18,757 nucleotides of DNA. Source: an uncultured Thermoproteaceae archaeon. Lineage in GTDB: Archaea > Thermoproteota > Thermoprotei > Thermoproteales > Thermocladiaceae. Location of the stretch: NCBI GenBank assembly GCA_964575955.1, contig CAZNTG010000014.1, positions 1-18,757 of the forward strand, written 5' to 3'. Shown one piece after another: positions 1-8,408 of the stretch. Position 1 is the first letter of the stretch, and each line of letters begins with the position of its first letter. The position numbers and the translations under genes were made by a program. The notes under the pieces are model-generated. The model was not told the origin of the DNA. It searched no databases and saw only the letters and a list, made by a program, of their open reading frames with translations.

Positions 1-1
1 T

Positions 2-142
2 GTTGAAGGTTCTAAGTGTAAGGTTTGTGGTGAAGAAATAGAAGAAGGAGAAAACGCATTCAAAACACTATCAAACATATACAAACACTTCAAAGAAAAA
101 CACCCAGAAATAATAGAAGAAGTAAAAACAAAAATATCATAA
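2..142 (+). CDS. 3' end of a small C2H2 zinc-finger protein (5' end outside window)
   Basis: Own translation from base 2: VEGSKCKVCGEEIEEGENAFKTLSNIYKHFKEKHPEIIEEVKTKIS*, with CxxC...HxxxxH; stop TAA 140-142, followed by a pyrimidine tract near 166-180. Confidence 0.65.
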   Translation, partial: VEGSKCKVCGEEIEEGENAFKTLSNIYKHFKEKHPEIIEEVKTKIS

Positions 143-200
143 CAATAACTATAGAAAAATAAAATCCCTCTTTTTCCCCATTCTTAAAAATCTAAAAAGA

Positions 201-250
201 TCAGCATGTTATGGTATCTTCATCAATTCTGCGTGGGTTCAATTCATCAC
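201..250 (-). ncRNA. Box C/D methylation guide sRNA
   Basis: Minus strand: C GTGATGA (250-244), guide ATTGAACCCACG, D' CAGA, C' TTGATGA, guide AGATACCATAACATG, D CTGA (204-201). Canonical ~50-nt archaeal layout in an intergenic region. Confidence 0.8.
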
Positions 251-293
251 TCAGAAGATTTATCTACCTCAAAATATTAAAAACTATCTAGAA

Positions 294-365
294 CCCCACC
301 TGGCCTCAGCTCGCGGGACAGACCGTGATGGTCTGGATGACCGCGACTGCGGTAGGGTGGGGACA
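294..365 (+). ncRNA. H/ACA-type pseudouridylation guide RNA (K-turn hairpin plus ACA)
   Basis: GC-rich island in AT-rich DNA. Lower stem CCCCACCT/GGGTGGGG, internal pocket, upper stem TCGCGG/CCGCGA, K-turn GA/GATGA, apical stem CAGACC/GGTCTG. ACA at 363-365, 16 nt from the top of the pocket. Confidence 0.75.
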
Positions 366-371
366 AGTATA

Positions 372-422
372 ATGATGATGCGCGTGAGGTATGAATTAAT
401 GATTATGCACCGTTTAAACTGA
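372..422 (+). ncRNA. Box C/D methylation guide sRNA
   Basis: C ATGATGA 372-378, guide TGCGCGTGAGGT, D' ATGA 391-394, C' ATGATTA 399-405, guide TGCACCGTTTAAA, D CTGA 419-422. Confidence 0.75.
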
Positions 423-495
423 TTTTAAACACTTCTAGATATCGAGTGGTCGTTAATTCACTTAACATATATTTAAGATCCTCTATATCAAAAAC

Positions 496-1186
496 ATGTC
501 TCAGAGAGACTTAAGAAATATGAAAGAGTTAGCAGAGTTTACTATAAGACTTGAGAAGTATAGATATACATTAAGTATAACTACAAATTGGATAATCTTT
601 GGTTCGATATCTACATCAATATTATGTATAGCTACTGCCATGATCTTACTGGATGGTGTTGTTAATATGGTTCTAGATATTCCATACATATGCTTAATAT
701 CTATATTTATAGCATTTACTGCAGGTATTTTAACGATGAGATTAGTAAAGTATGATTACAAACCAAAAGATTTTGATGAGATTAGAGTTTAAAAAAAAAT
801 ATACTAATTCGCATATAATATTCATAGTTATATTCCCAATAGCGTATATGTTAGTATCATTTTTAAATATTTCAATATTTCTCAAATGTTATCTATATTG
901 TACTATATGGTATATATGTCTGGGAATAGCACATATAGTAGTATCTCTATTTGAGAGAAAGCTTGTAGAGAAGAAAATAGTACCTGTAAATACTTCAAAG
1001 ATTGCAGGAATAGCTATAATATGTACAGGCCCCATATGCTACATACCCATACTACTACATAGTGAAACTATAGATCACTCATTAATATATGGAGGATTGA
1101 TAGATGTTGGACTTATATTAACGATATACTTCATAACTTACATCATAGGATTTATGAAGATTGTTAAAATACTATATGCAGAGTAG
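496..1186 (+). pseudogene. Multi-pass membrane protein split by a 1-nt frameshift (ORFs 496..792 and 752..1186)
   Basis: Both ORFs are hydrophobic. Removing one T from GTTT (787-790), just before an A9 run (791-799), fuses them (...DEIRVKKKYTNSH...). TATA-like TATATTTAA ~467-475 lies upstream. Confidence 0.6.
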
Positions 1187-1532
1187 TAGAGATAATATTG
1201 AGAAGATTATAAGAGAATTACAGAATGAAGATATGTTAAATATTAGGAAGTTTCTAATATTGACAACACTATATCTATTAAGAAGAACAACAATTACAGA
1301 TCTTTCAAAGATATTGAAAATTCCCTTAAGTACACTACAAGATTTATTGAAAAGACTTGAAGAACTTTGATATGTTAAAGTTAGGAGGAAAGTTATAACT
1401 AGTAGAAGTGTTAGAACTATTGTAGAGATTACTGATCGTGGAGTTGAGAAGTATCTAGATGTGTATAATAAGTTAAGAATATTAGTTAGACATTTAGATA
1501 GTAATGTTGGTGAAGAGGACTTGCCCTGCTGA
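1176..1532 (+). pseudogene. Winged-HTH (ArsR/MarR-like) regulator with an in-frame TGA
   Basis: ATG 1176. HTH ...TITDLSKILKIPLSTLQDLLKRLEEL*(TGA 1368-1370)YVKVRRKVITSRSVRTIVEITDRGVEKY... continues in frame to TGA 1530-1532. The internal stop replaces the conserved Gly of the LEExGYV motif (GGA>TGA). Confidence 0.75.
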
Positions 1533-1557
1533 GTATGATGAAATTACCGCAGACTGA
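1510..1557 (+). ncRNA. Box C/D guide sRNA, both guides complementary to 16S rRNA helix 18
   Basis: C GTGAAGA 1510-1516, guide GGACTTGCCCTG, D' CTGA 1529-1532, C' ATGATGA 1535-1541, guide AATTACCGCAGA, D CTGA 1554-1557. Guides pair with conserved GGGCAAGUCU and GCGGUAAU. Confidence 0.85.
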
Positions 1558-1849
1558 TCTTAACATTATTAATATATAGGTTCTTAACATATTCTTCAAA
1601 CTCTTTTATAAGTCTATTATAGTTTTTCTCAACCTTCAACTTAACATTTAGTATAACTCTATCCTTATCTAAAGTAATATACTTACCTTCAGCAAGCTTA
1701 TTTAGAATATAGTTAGCAACATCTTTACCAAGCCAAAAGCATAGTAATCTGAAAGTTTTCAAATATCTTAATCTTGAACTACCTCCTCTAAGTGCAAGTT
1801 CTTCAAGGATGTATGTTGCAATTTTTACTCTATGATCAATTTGAGACAT
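1544..1849 (-). CDS. Hypothetical protein, possible winged-helix fold
   Basis: 101-aa basic ORF overlapping the HAD gene end; LNKLAEGKYITL resembles a wHTH helix-wing junction. Confidence 0.65.
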   Translation of the reverse strand: MSQIDHRVKIATYILEELALRGGSSRLRYLKTFRLLCFWLGKDVANYILNKLAEGKYITLDKDRVILNVKLKVEKNYNRLIKEFEEYVKNLYINNVKISLR

Positions 1850-2480
1850 GTTTTAGAAGTTTAGAAACGTACTTATATACTTCAACAATATCCTTAACAG
1901 AACACTTCCAAGAATATCCATACCTGTCTACAAGAAGGGTCTTAATACCCAGCTTATCAGCTGGCTCAAGATCGTATTGAGGATATGCAGAAACGTGAAG
2001 AATATTCTCAGGTTTTTCATCTATATATCTTAAAAATCTTTTAAAACATTCAATATTAGGTTTATAACATTCCAAATCTTCAGCAGTAACTATAATATCT
2101 ATAAGATCATCAAAACCTTTCACAGTATTTTCTATAAGTCTACGTTCAGTATTTGAGAAAATTACAACTTTAACATCAAGTCTTCTCAACATCTTCAAAC
2201 CTATTAAAGTATCAGGAAATGGTGGAGACTTAGAAAATAATGTTGGAAGTATATCTATGAGGTCAGTATCAACATTATCACAACACTCATATAAACACTC
2301 TCTCAATATTTCAGAATACTTCTTATACACTCCAGAACATACTTTCTCAAATTCGCATCTTAAAAACTTGTTGAGATATATTAAATATCTATCACCATAT
2401 AGATATTTGAAGAAGTTTTCAAAAACGTATAACCAGTCTACTAGAGTACCATAACAATCAAATGATACAACCTTTATCAC
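1836..2480 (-). CDS. HAD-superfamily hydrolase (type II haloacid dehalogenase-like)
   Basis: Motif I SFDCYGTLVDW, FPD, motif II FSN, motif III YKP, HVSA..YDLEPA..LGI. Confidence 0.9.
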   Translation of the reverse strand: MIKVVSFDCYGTLVDWLYVFENFFKYLYGDRYLIYLNKFLRCEFEKVCSGVYKKYSEILRECLYECCDNVDTDLIDILPTLFSKSPPFPDTLIGLKMLRRLDVKVVIFSNTERRLIENTVKGFDDLIDIIVTAEDLECYKPNIECFKRFLRYIDEKPENILHVSAYPQYDLEPADKLGIKTLLVDRYGYSWKCSVKDIVEVYKYVSKLLKHVSN

Positions 2481-2505
2481 ATAAATTCAGATTTTGAGAA
2501 TATAT

Positions 2506-3303
2506 TTAAATATTTTGAAAAGTCTTAGACTTATCTAGAGATACTGTATAGTTTATCTTTACTAGAGAACTCCTAATCTTTGATAATATTCTACATATCT
2601 TTATCACATCACTACAAGATACTAAGTCTGAAAGTTCAAAACCTCTAATTATTACATCTAAAACATCCATTATTGGTTTTATAACTATACTACTCACATT
2701 ATTTGATACATAATCTATCAATGCACTTCTCAACATATTAACTTGCTTAGAATCTCCTAACATACTTAAGATAATGTTGCATATAGGCACATTCCTATAA
2801 ACATATGCGAGACTTCTACTAATTAATTCAGAAAAACACGATGGTAATAACTCACTTACCATAAATATTGTTGAATATATCGAATCTAGAAGATTTTCAT
2901 CTTTAAACACATCTCTACGCTTTATAAGATTTTTAATATATGTTAAATATGTCTTAAATTCACCATTAGATAACAAGTACATTATTAGAAGTCCTACACT
3001 TGATGTTAATGGTCTTAAAGATATTGAAAATATATCTAGATAATCTTTTAAGAACTCTCTACAAATCTTCATACATGTGTTATAGAACTCTTCCTGTAGA
3101 AAATTTAGATAACCTCTACAAATCTTAATTACACACCTATCATAGTCTACATATGTTGGATAAATACTAACATCATCAAAAATTTCTAATCCAGGCTTTT
3201 CCAAGTTAAATATCTCAAAAACAACATCTAGATACGTATAGACAACATCTATAATAGGCATATAGTACATTAAGATATTGTAGATACGTAATATTAAGTA
3301 CAT
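2506..3303 (-). CDS. Hypothetical protein
   Basis: 265-aa ORF with host-like composition, co-oriented with the HAD gene; no motif recognised; start uncertain. Confidence 0.65.
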   Translation of the reverse strand: MYLILRIYNILMYYMPIIDVVYTYLDVVFEIFNLEKPGLEIFDDVSIYPTYVDYDRCVIKICRGYLNFLQEEFYNTCMKICREFLKDYLDIFSISLRPLTSSVGLLIMYLLSNGEFKTYLTYIKNLIKRRDVFKDENLLDSIYSTIFMVSELLPSCFSELISRSLAYVYRNVPICNIILSMLGDSKQVNMLRSALIDYVSNNVSSIVIKPIMDVLDVIIRGFELSDLVSCSDVIKICRILSKIRSSLVKINYTVSLDKSKTFQNI

Positions 3304-3856
3304 GTCTTACTATCTCCCATACCTCACCTTACTTTTTGGGAGCTCTCACTTAGGCGTATCCTTTGCCTTGATATCTCTAGATTCAGCGTAGCATTCACAG
3401 AGCTATAAGCGTAAATGATGCTGTGCTGTTATCGGTCTTCAACATTTTGCTACTTATCTTAATTCTGTGGTAAATCGGTAACAAGCATATTGCGATTAAT
3501 AGCTCTCAGCTTAGTATCAGCAGACAATTACATGGTAAAGGCATATCACCTGTACTGCACAACGGGTCAAGTTGTCTGCAGGTTCGCTCGTAATGTAGCA
3601 TCGAGCAACTTCAACTAGTCTAGGAGGCTGATAGGCTTGAAGACCCTAGTGGTCGTTCTCAGTGTTACACTGTCTCTTAAATAAGTGGTTGAGGATACAC
3701 CTAAGTGCTAATCTCTAGTATATCATACTACGTATGGACAGTCTATAGAAACTCTCGCACAACGTTGTGAAACGATAAAAATTGTAACGTAGACTAGGGT
3801 TGTATTGAACGTTTATGATAAGTATTAAGAGTCAAATGATAGGTAGTATCAGAAGG

Positions 3857-3863
3857 GGAGGTG
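3857..3863 (+). promoter_or_regulatory. Shine-Dalgarno site of ORF 3870
   Basis: GGAGGTG 6 nt upstream of ATG 3870. Confidence 0.65.
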
Positions 3864-3869
3864 TAATCT

Positions 3870-4886
3870 ATGATGTGCAACTTGACGAGACTTGCTAATG
3901 AGTGGCTAGTACTGTACATTCTCGAGGAGTTGCAGAATATAACTGTCAGAGACTTAATGCTAATACTATTCTTGCTTGACTATATTACGAAGAAGCGTCT
4001 CGGTAAAAGCATAACTAGAACGAGATGGTGGAAAATACAGGACTCCTCTGTAGACTTGCCAATATGGAACTATTACTTCGAGAGAGAGCTTCAATCTTTA
4101 GCTGCTCGAGAACTTATCGATATGCACACTGAGACCTCAGTTAAGGTCGAGGTGGAGTATCTTAAGAGAATTATTGCGCAGTTGGAAGAATTAAAACCTC
4201 TGATCCATAAATTATATAAGCTAGAAAATCTGCTGCATGAAAGAATAGCATTACGAGAACCCATAAAGCCGGAAGAACTCGACATGTATAAGTATGAGCT
4301 TAAACGTATACTAAGCAGCCTCATTTCCATAAGTGAACTTGTAGGTGAGCTAATAGATGCAATATCGCGTATGCCAATAATTAGTAAGGTCCTAGTACCC
4401 ATACCTACACTGAGACTTAAGACTGTTGTCACAGTTACTGAGGGAGGGAGGAAGGTTAGGAGAGAAATTGATGTCTCTTATGTATTTTCATTCAAAGAAG
4501 TTGAATTAGTTAAACATATAATTAAGACCCTAAGGGAGAGGTATTACCTAATTCTTAGTGGAGAACTTACAAGGCTTGTAGATAATTTACCCGAGGTCAA
4601 GCGAACACCAGTCGGATGTGCTGTAGTGATAACGAGTTCAGCAGATACAGAGTTAAGGAAGGTGTCATCTATTCTCAAAAAACTTAATATTGAAATAACG
4701 CAACCAGTAACGATAGAATCACTACGACGTATTATCGATGAGATACAGGAGAAAATAAAGAGAGGTGAAGTTCCTGAACATCCAACATGGGAACATTGTA
4801 TAGAGCTTGAAAATCTTCTGGAGTTCTTGCAAGAAATTGAAAAGTCCTATCGAGAGTTATGTTCAAAGCTAGGCATACCTAGCTAG
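3870..4886 (+). CDS. Putative antitoxin with a divergent Panacea (DUF4065/SocA-like) domain, helical insertion and C-terminal helical extension
   Basis: N-terminal LMLILFLLDY...LGKSITRTRWWK...LPIW...ELQSL and later FSFKEVELVKHII...SGELTRLV..LPEVK.TP.G resemble the two halves of Panacea domains. The GPV motif is degenerate. Confidence 0.55.
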   Translation: MMCNLTRLANEWLVLYILEELQNITVRDLMLILFLLDYITKKRLGKSITRTRWWKIQDSSVDLPIWNYYFERELQSLAARELIDMHTETSVKVEVEYLKRIIAQLEELKPLIHKLYKLENLLHERIALREPIKPEELDMYKYELKRILSSLISISELVGELIDAISRMPIISKVLVPIPTLRLKTVVTVTEGGRKVRREIDVSYVFSFKEVELVKHIIKTLRERYYLILSGELTRLVDNLPEVKRTPVGCAVVITSSADTELRKVSSILKKLNIEITQPVTIESLRRIIDEIQEKIKRGEVPEHPTWEHCIELENLLEFLQEIEKSYRELCSKLGIPS

Positions 4887-4892
4887 ATTTAC

Positions 4893-5291
4893 GTGAGTTG
4901 TATTACTGAGGTTGTAGAGTCTGCACGAAGATGTCTACAACATTATTTTTACCTTGATAGAGAGTATACAATCAACGTGAGTAGAGGTGTAGCACACATG
5001 TCGATTCTCATATGTGGTAAACAGCTTATTCTTACTCTAAGATTTCATTGTACAAAAGACTACGCAGTGGTGTTAAGACGTAAATGTGAGAATAAATGCA
5101 AAGAGCTCATAAGATGGGATAACGCACATCATTACGATCATGTACATGATTATATTCGACATTGTGGAAAGGCAAAACCTTGGGAATATACGCCTGAAAA
5201 CAATGTAGAAGGATTCTTTCAAAAGGTTGCTAAATACATAATGTGCATTAGTGAGGAAATATGCAAAGATACCATCTGTCAAGACCCGTAG
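4893..5291 (+). CDS. Putative toxin, DUF6516/TumE-like
   Basis: YAVVL...ELIRWDNAHHYDHVH matches the Y...R(W/Y)DNAxH...HxH signature; GTG start 6 nt after the upstream stop. Confidence 0.6.
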   Translation: MSCITEVVESARRCLQHYFYLDREYTINVSRGVAHMSILICGKQLILTLRFHCTKDYAVVLRRKCENKCKELIRWDNAHHYDHVHDYIRHCGKAKPWEYTPENNVEGFFQKVAKYIMCISEEICKDTICQDP

Positions 5292-6494
5292 TAAAAGTCA
5301 CACTAAATTCAAGATTCTCGTATACGTTACGACAATCCCCTACAAGTCTCCTTGGAACAATACCGCCCTTTCTAAATGGCTTAATGTGTGTCTCTGGAGA
5401 GCACGTCCCAATAGCTAGCCTGCATAGTAATGTTGCATAATGTGTCCATTCCCGCTACTGAGCTCAGATATATCTCAGCTGAGGGCAAGTTTTTTGTAAT
5501 GAGATTGTAACACTCCTCCACACAGCGATGTCTACTCCATAGGAGCGACAATACTAGGGACACACCATGTATTATATCAAGTATGATTACCTAACCTAGA
5601 GATTACACGTAGGTTTGCCTAGACAGTCTTAGACACGTTCCGCAACACTGAACACTATATCTCAAATAACGGTATGTTACTACTATGTAATTGCAAAGAT
5701 AGGACTTTACTAGTGAGATTGCTACTCAGAAAGAACCTGACGAAAGAAGAGATCCTCACTAGGATTCCCATCTGCACATGTAGTAGGTTATTACTATATA
5801 GAATGAGTACCTTTATTGCATTTATCACAATACTGCAGAGGTATCACGTTGAGAGTTTTTAAAATACACAAGTACTCACACAGTTAGACTTGAGGTTAAG
5901 AATGGTACGACTATTCTGCGAAATATTCGTAAATCACCAATCATCATCTTTAAGAGACCTAGCACCGCCGTGGTATACCGTGCGGATTATCGATATGCGA
6001 TACCTCTTAGAAATAAGATCCTAACAATTGACACCTTAGGTCTTCTCGCAATCAAGCATAGTAGTCCTCTAGAACTACTTGCTCAAGAACTCAATCCTAT
6101 ATGCAACATGACTGTTCATACATATACTGGCCCCATGGAGGTATGTGCATTTGAGGTAGCGGACAGTACACTCTATAATCTTACTTGTCCTTGACTATCT
6201 TTAACCGCTTAATAGCATCTGGTCTCTGAAAAAGCTTGTTAGACATATATTCATGAGATCGAGAAAAGTGAAATGAGATAGAACAACGAATTGTTCGTGA
6301 GATTTTTGCCTATCAAATGTTCTGCTATTTACGATGTTGTAGAGTACAAGTATTAACCCTCTATTAAGTTTTGCAATACCAGTAAGCTTACGGCTATATA
6401 ACCCAGTACACCGAACAGCAGATATGTGGCAAGTTGACCTTAAATGTCGTGCAAGGCTTAGGTAGGCTGACTTCACGCATATGAGGAATACATA

Positions 6495-6701
6495 CTACAA
6501 GAATTTACCCTTTAGGGCTAACTCAACCCTAATCCTAAAAAGTCTACCTGTACCATCTAAGTGCCTGACAAATCTTAGAAGAATATCACGATAATTTTCA
6601 AACTACCTCTTAACATCATGGTTATATATTCTAACGTACTCCTGCTTATCGTTAACAGTCACAGTGAGGGATGACTTATAAAGACATTGAGAGCCTATCA
6701 T
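6495..6701 (-). pseudogene. Degraded ORF relic
   Basis: ATG 6701: MIGSQCLYKSSLTVTVNDKQEYVRIYNHDVKR*FENYRDILLRFVRHLDGTGRLFRIRVELALKGKFL*, protein-like sequence on both sides of an internal TAG. Confidence 0.35.
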
Positions 6702-6709
6702 CCTTTCAA

Positions 6710-6757
6710 TCAGCGCTATTAACCTCGATCATCATTCACACAGCCTGGGTTCATCAT
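6710..6757 (-). ncRNA. Box C/D guide sRNA
   Basis: Minus strand: C ATGATGA (6757-6751), guide ACCCAGGCTGT, D' GTGA directly abutting C' ATGATGA, guide TCGAGGTTAATAGCG, D CTGA (6713-6710). Confidence 0.8.
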
Positions 6758-6787
6758 TCTAGTATAAATTTACTTATGGTGATATTG

Positions 6788-6795
6788 TTTATAAG
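6788..6795. promoter_or_regulatory. TATA box for leaderless prs, possibly also serving the divergent sRNA
   Basis: TTTATAAG ends ~24 nt before ATG 6819; the reverse complement CTTATAAA lies ~30 nt upstream of box C at 6757. Confidence 0.5.
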
Positions 6796-6818
6796 TTTTC
6801 GAATTTTTAATTTTTTCA

Positions 6819-7703
6819 ATGATTGTATTATCATTTCCTGATGATGTTAATCGAGCTCGAAGATTAGCAGAATTGTTAGGTTTTGATTTTTTCTGTGTTG
6901 AGTATAAGGTATTTCCTGATGGTGAAGATTATGTTAGAGTTCCTGTAGATGTTAAAGATAGAGATGTTGTAGTATTTTCTAGCCTGTATCCAGATCAGGA
7001 TAGGAAGATATTTAGAACAATATTGCTTTTAGATGCTTTAAGAGATTTAAATTGTAGAAGTCTAGTACTTGTATGTCCATATTTAGCATATTCAAGACAG
7101 GATAGGAGATTTAGAGATGGTGAGGCTGTTAGCTTGAAGACTTTAATAAAAATATTTGAAAATTATGTAGATTACATACTTACAGTTGATGTACATAAAC
7201 CTCAAGCATTTACTAGTAGTAAAGCTGTGTGTATTAATGTTGAACCTTTTGAAAAATATGCAAAATATATAGAGAATAATGTTGGTAGAGAAGATTTAGT
7301 TATTTTAAGTCCTGATTTTGGCTCATTATGGAGAGCTGAGAAAGTTGCAAAGATTTTAAATGTTAATTATGACTATTTTGAAAAGTATAGAGATAGAGTA
7401 ACTGGTCAAATTACTATGAAACCTAGAGAAGTTGATGTTAAGAATAGAATTGTTATAATTATAGATGACATAATTGCTACTGGAGGAACTATTAGAGAAG
7501 CTACAAGAATATTGAAAAGTATGAATGCTAAAGAAGTCTATGCATTAGCAACTCACTGCCAATTTTTAGATAATGCTGATAGAAAACTTGTAGAGAGTGG
7601 TGTAAAATCTATAATATGTTCAGACACTATAGAGACAGGATATAGTAAGATAAGTGTTCTAGATCTAATAGCTGAACATATACATAAAATACTTTCTAAA
7701 TAG
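6819..7703 (+). CDS. prs: Ribose-phosphate pyrophosphokinase
   Basis: FPDGE, PYLAYSRQD, TVDVH, SPDFG and the PRPP-binding IIDDIIATGGT motif. Confidence 0.97.
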   Translation: MIVLSFPDDVNRARRLAELLGFDFFCVEYKVFPDGEDYVRVPVDVKDRDVVVFSSLYPDQDRKIFRTILLLDALRDLNCRSLVLVCPYLAYSRQDRRFRDGEAVSLKTLIKIFENYVDYILTVDVHKPQAFTSSKAVCINVEPFEKYAKYIENNVGREDLVILSPDFGSLWRAEKVAKILNVNYDYFEKYRDRVTGQITMKPREVDVKNRIVIIIDDIIATGGTIREATRILKSMNAKEVYALATHCQFLDNADRKLVESGVKSIICSDTIETGYSKISVLDLIAEHIHKILSK

Positions 7704-7721
7704 AAGACCAATTTTAAATAA

Positions 7722-8408
7722 GTGTATACTGACATAATCACAGTGTCTAATAGTGAAATTATCTGTGGTATCGATGAAGCTGGTAGAGGACCTGTAATAG
7801 GTCCTATGGTTATTGCATGTGTATGTGTTGACTCTAATGATATTGAGAGATTGAGGTCTCTAGGAGTTAGAGATTCTAAATTACTTACACCAGATAGGAG
7901 ATACTTACTCTATTCAAAGATTAGAGAAATAGCTAAATATGTAGAGTACGTTATTGTAAATCCTGAAGAAATTGATAAATATGTAGAAGATAGACTTCTA
8001 AATAAGTTGGAATTTGATAAGATTGTTAAGATTTTAGAGAATTTAGTTAGAAAGTTTAAAAATGTTAAAGTATTTATAGATTCACCAACAGTCAATTCAG
8101 AGAAGTTTAGGAGAGATCTTGAGAATATATTTAGAAATTTAGAGATATATGTTGAACATAAGGCTGATCTAAATATCGTTGTCGTATCTGCTGCAAGTAT
8201 AGTTGCTAAATGTGTGAGAGATCTCGAGATTGAGAAATTGAAGAAGGTTTATGGAGATTTTGGTAGTGGATATCCTAGTGATCCTAGAACAATAAAATTC
8301 TTAATATCATACATATCTAGACATGGTAAATTACCACCTATTGCTAGAAAAAGTTGGAAAACTTGTAAAAAATTGATAAGTGAATTTAAGAGAGGTAAGT
8401 TGATGTGA
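7722..8408 (+). CDS. rnhB: Ribonuclease HII
   Basis: GIDEAGRGPVIGP, GVRDSK, KAD..VSAASIVAK..RD, GSGYPSDP. Confidence 0.97.
   Translation: MYTDIITVSNSEIICGIDEAGRGPVIGPMVIACVCVDSNDIERLRSLGVRDSKLLTPDRRYLLYSKIREIAKYVEYVIVNPEEIDKYVEDRLLNKLEFDKIVKILENLVRKFKNVKVFIDSPTVNSEKFRRDLENIFRNLEIYVEHKADLNIVVVSAASIVAKCVRDLEIEKLKKVYGDFGSGYPSDPRTIKFLISYISRHGKLPPIARKSWKTCKKLISEFKRGKLM

Larger units (their letters stand above)
3305..6705. mobile_element. Compositionally foreign, largely decayed island
   Basis: By eye richer in G+C and CpG than the flanks; only two intact genes; minus-strand coding-like relics with stops. No integrase, transposase or att repeat seen; boundaries approximate. Confidence 0.5.

Noticed and set aside
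1368-1370. In-frame TGA as selenocysteine or an alternative genetic code
   Set aside because: It aligns with a conserved Gly, not Cys; no SECIS-like hairpin follows; TGA acts as a stop elsewhere (rnhB, translin).
1545-1552. TACCGCAG is complementary to the 3' pocket strand (347-354) of the first H/ACA RNA
   Set aside because: Only 8 nt, and the next base is A rather than a target U; likely chance.
5941-5947. Isolated minus-strand ATGATGA box C
   Set aside because: No D', C' or D boxes at appropriate spacing.
5381-6476. ORFs 5381..5563, 5674..5862, 5970..6194 and 6201..6476 as real genes
   Set aside because: Short, no motifs or clear translation signals; more consistent with decayed DNA.
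3305-6705. att sites or terminal repeats for the island (e.g. TGATAGGCT near 3629 and inverted near 6692-6700)
   Set aside because: A 9-bp match not at both boundaries; no tRNA fragment or recombinase seen.
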